64,000 nt of DNA from Candidatus Magasanikiibacteriota bacterium (GCA_023246655.1 JAHFHX010000001.1:28648-92647), one strand, 5' to 3'. Counted from the stretch's first letter, positions 1 through 7,794 are shown. Program-made: numbers and translations. Notes: a model not told the origin generated them from the letters alone.

Positions 1-94
1 ATAAAGAGGAGGTATTCGCGAACGGGGTTTTTTGTTTGACGACTATTTAGGGAAAGCATATACTAGTAGTACTTTTGTTAAGTTTACCATTGAT

Positions 95-1543
95 ATGCCT
101 TTGTCTGATCTTGGTCTTATTGGCCTTGCAGTGATGGGTTCTAATTTGGCTCGCAATTTTGCGAGTCGTGGGTTTACTGTTTCTGTTTATAACCGCAGCC
201 CTGAACGTACCAATGAGTTTATTAAAGAGTTTGGTAATGAAAAATTAGTGGGCACATTTGATTATGTTCAATTTGTCCGCTCACTCAAACGTCCGCGCAA
301 GATTATGGTAATGGTAAAAGCTGGCGCGGCCGTCGATGGCGTTATCGCCGATCTTTTACCGTATCTCCAAGCCGGCGACATCATCATCGACGGTGGTAAT
401 TCACACTATCGTGATACTCAGCGGCGCTCTAAAGAATTGGTTGCCTCCGCCACAGGCGGAAAAAAAATTCACTTTGTTGGCTGCGGTGTTTCTGGTGGGG
501 AAGAGGGGGCTTTGCATGGCCCCAGCCTTATGCCGGGCGGAAGTAAAGAAGCGTGGCAACAAATTAAAGTGTATTACCAAGCGATTGCGGCCAAAGATTT
601 TTCTGGGCGGCCGTGCATCACCTATGTTGGGGACAATGGCGCTGGGCATTATGTGAAAATGGTGCACAATGGTATTGAGTATGCCGTGATGCAACTTATG
701 GCCGAGGCCTATCAAATGTTGCGCGTGGTGTATAAGCAAACTCCCCAGCAAATTGGCGAATTATTCAAAAAATATAATGCCGGAAAATTAAATTCATTTT
801 TATTTCAAATTGCCGTGCCGGTTTTAACGCGCCAAGATGAATTAAAAAAAGGATTTTTGATTGATGCCATCCTCGACCGTGCTGGCGCTAAAGGCACTGG
901 CCAATGGGCGAGTGTGGACGCCTTGGAGCGGGGGATGAGCATCTCGTCTGTTACCGAAGCAGTATTCGCGCGCTCCACTTCGGCCGCGAAAAATGATCGG
1001 CTAAAACTCTCAAAACTCTATCGAATGCTCCCCACCAAAGGCGGGTCCACCTTGGGTGGAAAAAAATTTCAGACCATTCTGGAAAATGCTTTGTACGCCG
1101 CAATGATTTCGTGTTATGCGCAAGGGTATGAGCTCATCCGTAAAGCTGCAGCAGAGGAAAAATGGGAAGTCAATTTGGCGGAAATATCCCGCATTTGGGA
1201 AGGTGGCTGCATTATTCGCGCTAAACTCCTCAATGTGCTTCATTCCGCCTATCAAAAAGGCAATTCAAAAAATAGTCCGCTCTTGGCCGTGCCCGGCATC
1301 GTCACCTTAATTAAAAAACATCTTCCCGAGCTGCGCGCGCTCGTTTCGTTTGCTGGCACCACCGGCGTTTCCACTCCCAGTTTTTCCACGGCGCTGTTTT
1401 ACGTGCAAGACATGACGACTGAGCGTCTCCCCGCCAACCTCATCCAAGGCCTCCGCGATTTTTTCGGCGCCCACACCTATGAACGTACCGATCGGCCGGG
1501 GAGTTTTCATACGGAGTGGAATCAACGAACAATTAACAATTAA
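95..1543 (+). CDS. gnd: 6-phosphogluconate dehydrogenase (decarboxylating, NADP+)
   Basis: GLIGLAVMG Rossmann motif, YNRS, IDGGN, GVSGGEEGA, HYVKMVHNGIEY, QGLRDFFGAHTYER; ATG at 95 preferred. Confidence 0.97.
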   Translation: MPLSDLGLIGLAVMGSNLARNFASRGFTVSVYNRSPERTNEFIKEFGNEKLVGTFDYVQFVRSLKRPRKIMVMVKAGAAVDGVIADLLPYLQAGDIIIDGGNSHYRDTQRRSKELVASATGGKKIHFVGCGVSGGEEGALHGPSLMPGGSKEAWQQIKVYYQAIAAKDFSGRPCITYVGDNGAGHYVKMVHNGIEYAVMQLMAEAYQMLRVVYKQTPQQIGELFKKYNAGKLNSFLFQIAVPVLTRQDELKKGFLIDAILDRAGAKGTGQWASVDALERGMSISSVTEAVFARSTSAAKNDRLKLSKLYRMLPTKGGSTLGGKKFQTILENALYAAMISCYAQGYELIRKAAAEEKWEVNLAEISRIWEGGCIIRAKLLNVLHSAYQKGNSKNSPLLAVPGIVTLIKKHLPELRALVSFAGTTGVSTPSFSTALFYVQDMTTERLPANLIQGLRDFFGAHTYERTDRPGSFHTEWNQRTINN

Positions 1544-1580
1544 CAATTCAATTTGTTATTTGTTCATTGTTAATTTTTTT

Positions 1581-2999
1581 ATGTCACCTCTCATCGCCCC
1601 ACAACCATTTCTTCTCACCATCTTTGGCGCTTCGGGCGACCTGGCTAAGCTTAAAATTTTTCCCAATCTCTATCGCTTGGCCGAATTTAAACGGTTGCCA
1701 AAGCAATATTATATTATTGGTTTTTCCCGTACTCCAAAAACCCGCGAAGAATTTCATCGGGATTTTTCTGCGAGTATCAGTGCAGCGGTTGGCAGTGAAC
1801 TTAAAACCGAGGTACTGACGGAACTTTTGAATCATGTCTATTATTTTTCCGGTCAGTATTCAGAGATTCAGAGTTTCCAGGCTTATCGAACGTTTTTTGA
1901 GCATGTGGCCGGTACGAAGAAAATAACGCACCTGGCTTATTTTTCCGTGCCTTCGGCAATTTATAAAGATATTATTAGCAACCTGGCGGCCATTCGCCAA
2001 AACAGCGATGATCTTCGTTTAATTTTGGAAAAGCCGTTTGGGCAAAGCCGCGCTAGCGCGGAAGAGCTCTTTCATTTTGCTTTGCAACATTTTAATGAGC
2101 AGCAATTTTATTTGCTGGATCATTACTTGGGTAAAACTGCTGTCCGTAGCATGCTGCGTCTCCGCGAGTCCAATCGAATTTTGAGTCATATGATGCGTGG
2201 CTACGAAATTGCCAATATCCAAATTTCTGCGTTTGAAAATTTTGGCGTTAAAGAACGGGCTAGTTATTTTGATCAGGTTGGTACAATGAAAGATTTTTTG
2301 CAGTCTCACTTGCTCCAAATGTTGGCGCTGCTTACCATGTCTATCCCTATTGAACAAAATGCGGCCAGTTTGCAGCGGGAACGTTATGCCATGCTTTCAG
2401 CTATTGCCTGTCCGTGTAGCGAACGTAATGTAGTGATGGGCCAGTATGCCAGCTATCTTAAAGAAAATGGCATTCCTAAAAGTTCGCGAACGGAAACCTT
2501 TGCGGCGGTACGTTTGTTGGTGGATCGATTAGATTGGCACGGCGTTCCGATGTATATTCGTACCGGCAAACAACTGAGCAAAAAACATACCTACGCAGTG
2601 GTTGAACTCAAGAAGTTCCCTTTTCAGCGCCCGGGCGAAGCTCCCAACCGTCTTATTTTTGAACTGTATCCGGTGGAGCGTCTTACGATAACGCTGGTTA
2701 ATCGCCTTGGTGAAATTGATAGCTTTCAAGAATTGAGTTTGAGTCAATCCATTGGTTGTAGTATTGAAGAAGGTTGCTTGCCAGAGTACGCGACCCTTAT
2801 GCTTGATGTTTTACGCGGCGAGAAGAAATATTTCCTGAGTTTCCCCGAGATTATTGCCCAGTGGAATGTAGCGGATCAGATCGTGCGTTTAGTTGAGGAA
2901 CAAAAAGTAAAATTAGAAAAATATGCCGATGGCTCCGAAGGTCCAAAGTCCCAGCATGCCCTTCCGGCGATGGATGGTTTTGCCTGGTTTAATCTATAA
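1581..2999 (+). CDS. zwf: glucose-6-phosphate 1-dehydrogenase
   Basis: IFGASGDLAKLK, LEKPFG, DHYLGK, QSHLLQML, W.GVPMYIRTGK. Confidence 0.95.
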   Translation: MSPLIAPQPFLLTIFGASGDLAKLKIFPNLYRLAEFKRLPKQYYIIGFSRTPKTREEFHRDFSASISAAVGSELKTEVLTELLNHVYYFSGQYSEIQSFQAYRTFFEHVAGTKKITHLAYFSVPSAIYKDIISNLAAIRQNSDDLRLILEKPFGQSRASAEELFHFALQHFNEQQFYLLDHYLGKTAVRSMLRLRESNRILSHMMRGYEIANIQISAFENFGVKERASYFDQVGTMKDFLQSHLLQMLALLTMSIPIEQNAASLQRERYAMLSAIACPCSERNVVMGQYASYLKENGIPKSSRTETFAAVRLLVDRLDWHGVPMYIRTGKQLSKKHTYAVVELKKFPFQRPGEAPNRLIFELYPVERLTITLVNRLGEIDSFQELSLSQSIGCSIEEGCLPEYATLMLDVLRGEKKYFLSFPEIIAQWNVADQIVRLVEEQKVKLEKYADGSEGPKSQHALPAMDGFAWFNL

Positions 3000-3022
3000 T
3001 TATTTCTTATCTCATAGCATCT

Positions 3023-4279
3023 ATGGAATCTACCAATGCTTTTACAAATGCTTTGGCACAACTCACCAAAGCCGCCGCGGTTATTAAACTAGAGCCGGCT
3101 ATGTATCAACGTTTGGCGTTGCCGCAGCGTTTTTTGGCAGTAGCAATTCCCGTCACCATGGATGATGGTTCCGTACGAGTATTCCACGGTTTTCGCAGCC
3201 AGTACAATAATGCGCGCGGGCCGTTTAAAGGCGGCATTCGTTTTCATCCGGCTGTTTCCGAAGATGAAGTGAAAGCACTCTCCCTGTGGATGACTATGAA
3301 ATGCGCCGTTGTGGGGTTGCCGCTGGGCGGTGGTAAGGGGGGTATTATTGTTAATCCAAAAGAACTATCAACGGGGGAATTGGAACGATTGTCGCGTGGC
3401 TATATCCGGGCGTTGTATAGATACTTAGGTCCAGACCAAGATGTGCCGGCGCCCGATGTGTATACCACCCCGCAAATTATGGCCTGGATATTGGATGAGT
3501 ACGAACATTTGGTTGGCCACCATGCACCGGGGCTTATTACCGGTAAGCCTTTGGCCATTGGTGGGTCGGCCGGGCGCGGAACGGCCACGGCGCAGGGTGG
3601 ATTCTTTGTGCTTGATGAAGCAATGAAAAAAATGGGAAAAAAAGTAGCCGGTACCACCGTTGCGGTGCAAGGATTTGGGAATGCCGGAAGCAATATGGTT
3701 GATCTGTTGGCTGCTCACGGGTATAAAGTTGTTGCCATTAGTGATTCACGGGGCGGCGTGTATCATGAGGCAGGAATTGATTCTAAACAATTACAGGAAT
3801 TAAAAAATAATGGGATGTCTCTTGAGTCGTATTGTTCTGGTAAGGCTGGCGCCTGCCGAGCTATTACTAATCAAGAATTATTGGAACTGCCTGTTGATGT
3901 ATTGGTTCCGGCCGCGCTGGAAAACCAAATTACAGCCGAGAATGCCCCGCGTATTAAAGCTTCCCTGGTGCTGGAACTTGCCAATGGCCCTACAACACCA
4001 GAAGCAGACGAAATATTATTTACGAATGGAACGAAAGTTGTGCCCGATATTTTAGCTAATGCCGGTGGCGTTACCGTATCTTATTTCGAACAAGTTCAGA
4101 ATGCAGCCAATTATTATTGGCCGGAGGCAGAGGTGATGAGTAAACTTAAAGCCATTATGGTTGAATCGTGTTCAGCGGTGTGGAAAGTACAGGAAGAACA
4201 CAACATAACCCTGCGAACCGCGGCGCACGTGGTGGCACTTCGTCGCGTCACCGAAGCGATGGCGGTGCGCGGGATTTAA
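3023..4279 (+). CDS. gdhA: Glu/Leu/Phe/Val dehydrogenase (glutamate dehydrogenase)
   Basis: GPFKGGIRFHP, LPLGGGKGG, VPAPDV, QGFGNAG, ELANGP, PDILANAGGVTVSYFE. Confidence 0.95.
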   Translation: MESTNAFTNALAQLTKAAAVIKLEPAMYQRLALPQRFLAVAIPVTMDDGSVRVFHGFRSQYNNARGPFKGGIRFHPAVSEDEVKALSLWMTMKCAVVGLPLGGGKGGIIVNPKELSTGELERLSRGYIRALYRYLGPDQDVPAPDVYTTPQIMAWILDEYEHLVGHHAPGLITGKPLAIGGSAGRGTATAQGGFFVLDEAMKKMGKKVAGTTVAVQGFGNAGSNMVDLLAAHGYKVVAISDSRGGVYHEAGIDSKQLQELKNNGMSLESYCSGKAGACRAITNQELLELPVDVLVPAALENQITAENAPRIKASLVLELANGPTTPEADEILFTNGTKVVPDILANAGGVTVSYFEQVQNAANYYWPEAEVMSKLKAIMVESCSAVWKVQEEHNITLRTAAHVVALRRVTEAMAVRGI

Positions 4280-4286
4280 AAAAGTT

Positions 4287-4970
4287 ATGAACGTTAGTAA
4301 ATTTAATTCGTCAACTCAGTTCATAGCCGCGACTGAGGCAGTTATTGTTGCACTCTGTAATGCCACTACCGGAGTGAAACACATTGCCTTAAGCGGCGGC
4401 AAAACTCCGCGGCCAATTTACGAAGCCTTGGCGACAAATGCGGCTATACATTTTGACGATATTGAGTGGTACTTGGTTGATGAACGTTATGTTCCACTGG
4501 ATCACCCGGACTCAAATTATAAAATGATTGTGGAAGCATTTAGCGCGGCCCAGCCAACATTTTCCGAGCATTTTCATTATTTTGATACCAGTTTGCCGCT
4601 TAAGGAATCTGCTCACCGTTACGAAACTGAGCTTAAAAATATTCCGGGGTTACAGTTTGATCTTTGTGTTCTTGGCATCGGTAGCGACGGCCACACCGCT
4701 TCACTTTTTCCGGGGAGCTCCGCACTTTATGAACGCGAACGCCTGGTCGTACCTGCCATTAACGAATTTGTTCCACACCCCCCGGTGCATGAGAGACTAA
4801 CGCTTACGTGGCCAATGATTTTAAAAAGTAAGGAAGTGCTTTTGTTAGCTTCAGGACAGGAAAAACAGGCGATAATTGCGGAATTGCAATTTTCTCACAA
4901 ACAATTTACAGAATTGCCAGCAAAAAAATTGTTGGAGCACCACAATTTTAAAATTTATTTTTTTTCATAA
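4287..4970 (+). CDS. pgl: 6-phosphogluconolactonase
   Basis: ALSGGKTP, DERYVP..HPDSN, LGIGSDGHTASLFP; in a cluster with gnd and zwf. Confidence 0.95.
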   Translation: MNVSKFNSSTQFIAATEAVIVALCNATTGVKHIALSGGKTPRPIYEALATNAAIHFDDIEWYLVDERYVPLDHPDSNYKMIVEAFSAAQPTFSEHFHYFDTSLPLKESAHRYETELKNIPGLQFDLCVLGIGSDGHTASLFPGSSALYERERLVVPAINEFVPHPPVHERLTLTWPMILKSKEVLLLASGQEKQAIIAELQFSHKQFTELPAKKLLEHHNFKIYFFS

Positions 4971-5014
4971 CAATACTATTGTCGGAAGGCAATTTTTTTA
5001 GTAGTATAAATGTC

Positions 5015-5086
5015 GTGAGGAAAGGCGGAGAGGAGATAGGCTGCGTGGGCAACATGCAAAACCTATCTTCCTCTCCCAACCTCACA
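5015..5086. other. long imperfect stem-loop (possible small RNA or 3' element of the ATP-grasp unit)
   Basis: GTGAGG..GGAGAGGAGATAGG / CCTATCTTCCTCTCC..CCTCAC arms; TATAAA just upstream and a terminator-like hairpin plus T-run just downstream on +. Confidence 0.5.
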
Positions 5087-5095
5087 TTGCAAGAT

Positions 5096-5120
5096 ACTCG
5101 GTAGAAGCCCGAGTTTTTTG
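5096..5120 (+). terminator. intrinsic terminator-like hairpin
   Basis: ACTCGG-tagaagc-CCGAGT followed by a T-run. Confidence 0.55.
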
Positions 5121-5133
5121 TTTGCTCGGTTTT

Positions 5134-6393
5134 CTAATCCGTGAACACCACGCCCATGTTGAGGGCATCCTTGGCGCCGTGCACGAGTCTTCCGCGGCAG
5201 GCTGTCACCACCGCCTCGGCCGGGGAACGCTCGATGAAGTACACCACGAGGCGCGTGAAGCGCTCGTCCGTCGTGAGCTCCCCGTTCGCGTTGTAGTGCC
5301 GGAATTCCCGCTGGCGCCCCTTGAGCTCCCGCTGGAGGATGTAACGCCCACTGGAGCGCTGCGCTGCGTGGAGCGTGTCCTCAAACCTCGAATCATCCGA
5401 GAAGGCCACCCCCTTCGTCCCCGCCGAGATGGTCTCCTTGAGTACGTAGCGCTCCGTCAGGTTCGGGAGGGCGCCGTGCCGGGTCACGAGGTGGGTTTCC
5501 GGGAGATGCTGCCGGATCGTCTGGAGGGACTGCCCGCTCATCTGGGAACGGAGAATCGCTTCGATGTCGGCGTCATTCCCCGGGTTGCTGAGGATGGCGA
5601 GCAGGTTTTTCGAGCCCATGAAGGGCTTCGGCGGCATGAGGAACTTGATCTCGCCCTTCCGGTAGAGGTCGGCGAGGGCGTCGGTGAGGCGCGGGTTCTC
5701 GGTCATCACGGGGAAGTTCACGAGGGTACGCGTCGTCTCGCGCTCGCCGCGGATGATGAGATTCTGTCCGTCGACCGCCGTCTCGATCTCGTCGGCGACG
5801 ATGAGCTCGACCCCAGCGCTTCGGAGCGCCTGCCGGAGGATGTGAAACTCCGGGAGGTAGAAGCGCTCGCGGTGGCCGTAGAGGAAGACGAGCTGATCGA
5901 GGCCGCGCTTTTTGATCGCCGTCCCGAGACTCGTCCTGATCCCCGGGAGCGTGCTCGCGCCCGGGTTCACGGCCTCACGGATGGCGGCAAAGAGGGTCGC
6001 GTAGCCCATGGCCCGCCGGTTCATCGCGTCGATCTCGGCGATCCACAGGTGTCCCGCGGCGTCTTCCACGAAGTCAACCTTCACGATGAGCGGCGTCGTC
6101 GAGGGCTTCAGGAGCTGGAGCTCCCGGTGCGGCCGCGGCACCTCCATCGCGACAGCGTTCTTCAGGAGATCCCAGGTCTTGCCCGGGGCCAGCTCCCGCT
6201 GGTGGGCGATGGTCGCGATCCGCCCGAGGCCAGCGAGGCTCTCGGTGATCGCGGGGCCCAGGTGCTCGAGCTCCGTCCTCGCGCTCATGGGGAGCGGGAA
6301 GACATCCGGGGTGAGCAGGAAACCGTGCGTTTCCCGCCGTCCGCCGTCCCAGATACCCGATTCAATGACGATCTGTTCAATGAGCCTGTACAT
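5134..6393 (-). CDS. GC-rich ATP-grasp amide ligase, glutathionylspermidine-synthase / circularly permuted ATP-grasp-like
   Basis: Motifs KVDF...WIAEID, GSKNLLAIL, LPETHL, YVLKE..S.GTKGV, YILQR; strongly GC-biased third codon positions; AAGGA upstream of ATG. Confidence 0.75.
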   Translation of the reverse strand: MYRLIEQIVIESGIWDGGRRETHGFLLTPDVFPLPMSARTELEHLGPAITESLAGLGRIATIAHQRELAPGKTWDLLKNAVAMEVPRPHRELQLLKPSTTPLIVKVDFVEDAAGHLWIAEIDAMNRRAMGYATLFAAIREAVNPGASTLPGIRTSLGTAIKKRGLDQLVFLYGHRERFYLPEFHILRQALRSAGVELIVADEIETAVDGQNLIIRGERETTRTLVNFPVMTENPRLTDALADLYRKGEIKFLMPPKPFMGSKNLLAILSNPGNDADIEAILRSQMSGQSLQTIRQHLPETHLVTRHGALPNLTERYVLKETISAGTKGVAFSDDSRFEDTLHAAQRSSGRYILQRELKGRQREFRHYNANGELTTDERFTRLVVYFIERSPAEAVVTACRGRLVHGAKDALNMGVVFTD

Positions 6394-6490
6394 GGTTGTG
6401 TCCTTGCAGTGAGTTGTGGAAACGATTGTCGCTCGTTTCCTTGTTCGTCAGGTTTATACCCTGAAAGGTGTTCTCGTCACATTTCAAAGT

Positions 6491-6518
6491 ACAAAAAACC
6501 CTGCGGTGGGCGCAGGGT
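6491..6518 (-). terminator. attenuator terminator A
   Basis: Minus strand ACCCTGCG-cccac-CGCAGGGT followed by TTTTTGT. Confidence 0.8.
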
Positions 6519-6539
6519 AGAGTACAAATAAAGTGTACG

Positions 6540-6611
6540 CTAATAGTACCCGGCGCCAGTGGTGAGCCAGTTCCAGGCAAAATAATAAGTTGTGGGCAGT
6601 TGTGAGAACAT
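6540..6611 (-). CDS. leader peptide A, MFSQLPTTYYFAWNWLTTGAGYY (23 aa)
   Basis: ATG..TAG translated by hand; its 3' end GGCGCCGGGTA pairs (10/11) with the terminator 5' arm TACCCTGCGCC. Confidence 0.7.
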   Translation of the reverse strand: MFSQLPTTYYFAWNWLTTGAGYY

Positions 6612-6695
6612 ACGTTATATAATAATACTGAGGATTGCAGATAGGTATTCTATGATAAATGTTGGTTGTTCATGAGGGCATTGCGGTTTTGTTAT

Positions 6696-6727
6696 AAAAA
6701 ATAAACCGCCCGATGACTCGGGCGGTT
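6696..6727 (-). terminator. attenuator terminator B
   Basis: Minus strand AACCGCCCGA-gtca-TCGGGCGGTT followed by TATTTTTT. Confidence 0.8.
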
Positions 6728-6758
6728 GGTTTAGTAATTTTGTTATCAATTACAAAAT

Positions 6759-6827
6759 TCACCACTCGAGCAAAGAGGGCAGGTGGTACGACCAAAACAG
6801 TGTAATAGAGTGGTGAGAAAATTTCAT
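6759..6827 (-). CDS. leader peptide B, MKFSHHSITLFWSYHLPSLLEW (22 aa)
   Basis: ATG..TGA; TCACCACTC pairs with GAGTGGTGA (1:2) and CTCGAGTGGT pairs with ACCGCCCGAG (2:3). Confidence 0.7.
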   Translation of the reverse strand: MKFSHHSITLFWSYHLPSLLEW

Positions 6828-6846
6828 ACAGTTTAAGAATAGTAGT

Positions 6847-6875
6847 ATCGTAATGTTATTTATTTTTTCAGTCAA
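6847..6875 (-). promoter_or_regulatory. sigma70-type promoter for leader B
   Basis: TTGACT-N17-TACGAT on the minus strand. Confidence 0.6.
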
Positions 6876-7022
6876 GCTAGAGTTGTTGATAACTTTATTT
6901 TAAGTATCAATAATGCCGTGGCGTTGAGAACCAATATTTTTTTGTGCCACCTGCTGCCAGTTGTTGGATATTTTATTTTTCCTTCGCAACATCACCAATA
7001 ATCTTGGCGATGTAGTAGAAGG

Positions 7023-7049
7023 GGAGAGGCGAAATTTTTTCACCTCTCC
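7023..7049 (-). other. hairpin directly 3' of tRNA-Phe
   Basis: GGAGAGGTGAAA-aaa-TTTCGCCTCTCC on the minus strand. Confidence 0.55.
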
Positions 7050-7053
7050 GCGG

Positions 7054-7127
7054 GGCCCCAGGGCGGATTTGAACCGCCGACTCGCAGATTTTCAGTCCGC
7101 TGCTCTGCCAGGCTGAGCTACCGGGGC
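7054..7127 (-). tRNA. tRNA-Phe(GAA), no encoded CCA, C at the discriminator position
   Basis: GCCCCGG TA GCTC AGCCTGGCA GAGC A GCGGA CTGAAAA TCTGC GAGTC GGCGG TTCAAAT CCGCC CTGGGGC C folds into a full cloverleaf. Confidence 0.92.
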
Positions 7128-7187
7128 GGGAGACTTGGGGAGTCAGGGCCGCACGCGTTGCACGCGCGGCGCTGACATCCCGGGGGG

Positions 7188-7337
7188 TCACCGATCGGCG
7201 GCAGGAGGGGGCGCGACCGGACTCTTGCGCCGCCGCGGGGGCGGCAGTTCGAAGGGGTCCACGTGGAATTGTGGATCCTTCTTGATAGGGGGGTTCCCAG
7301 CGGGGGGCTGGGACGGGGGTGCCGGGGTGCGTTCCAT
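7188..7337 (-). CDS. Pro-rich 49-aa small protein MERTPAPPSQPPAGNPPIKKDPQFHVDPFELPPPRRRKSPVAPPPAADR
   Basis: AAGGAG SD 8 nt before ATG; below the ORF-track size cutoff; GC-rich. Confidence 0.55.
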   Translation of the reverse strand: MERTPAPPSQPPAGNPPIKKDPQFHVDPFELPPPRRRKSPVAPPPAADR

Positions 7338-7468
7338 GCGCGTTTCTCCTTACCCCCTTGTAAGCGGGGGTTTGCCAAAGAGTCTCTCAGCACGAGAGGC
7401 GATTGACGCTAGTGCATCGCACGCTATCTCTTGCTGATTATTCTATTTGTCAAAATGAGTAATACGAT

Positions 7469-7487
7469 ATCCCGAGTGAGTCGGGAT
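7469..7487. repeat. ATCCCGACTYAGTCGGGAT-family palindrome
   Basis: atcccgagtgagtcgggat; related copies near 9090, 10937, 13745, 14641, 32600 and 58580. Confidence 0.75.
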
Positions 7488-7545
7488 TGTTAACGTCGGC
7501 ATCGAGCTTCGTCCGCCTTTGGCGCACTCGCTCTCCGCTCGTCGT

Positions 7546-7578
7546 TAACAAAAAAACCGCCCGAAGCTCGGGCGGTTT
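7546..7578 (-). terminator. attenuator terminator C
   Basis: Minus strand AAACCGCCCGA-gct-TCGGGCGGTTT followed by TTTTGTT. Confidence 0.8.
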
Positions 7579-7593
7579 GGAAATTTGTGTTAT

Positions 7594-7674
7594 TTAGCAA
7601 CCACAAGTTCCACCGCCTGAGCCAGGGGAGGTAAAGTAGAAAAAGAAAACTTGATTTAAGCGGTTGGAATTCAT
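7594..7674 (-). CDS. leader peptide C, MNSNRLNQVFFFYFTSPGSGGGTCGC (26 aa)
   Basis: ATG..TAA with codon run TTC TTT TTC TAC TTT; GCTCAGGCGGT pairs (10/11) with ACCGCCCGAGC of the terminator. Confidence 0.75.
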   Translation of the reverse strand: MNSNRLNQVFFFYFTSPGSGGGTCGC

Positions 7675-7683
7675 AATATTTAA

Positions 7684-7712
7684 ATGGTAGCACAGGTTGT
7701 TTCGGTAGTCAA
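7684..7712 (-). promoter_or_regulatory. sigma70-type promoter for leader C (extended -10)
   Basis: TTGACT-N17-TACCAT with TG extension; ATG 9 nt after the -10 box. Confidence 0.65.
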
Positions 7713-7721
7713 ATGGAACCT

Positions 7722-7730
7722 TGTGGATAA
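7722..7730 (-). promoter_or_regulatory. DnaA box
   Basis: TGTGGATAA = TTATCCACA consensus on the minus strand. Confidence 0.5.
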
Positions 7731-7794
7731 ATAAAAATTGCGTTATACTGTAGGGTATGGAACTGGTACTAAGTTATTGTAATAAAGCCTCGTA

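Noticed and set aside
5122-6531. 469-aa + strand ORF overlapping the ATP-grasp gene
   Set aside because: Antisense shadow of a GC-rich gene; no motifs, while the minus frame has ATP-grasp motifs and an SD
7345-7430. c-di-GMP riboswitch suggested by GGCAAACC
   Set aside because: Lacks the GNRA tetraloop and the following GCAAAGC/P3 elements
7490-7693. 67-aa minus ORF from the track
   Set aside because: Starts within the promoter and runs through the terminator; the 7594-7674 frame fits the promoter and attenuator geometry
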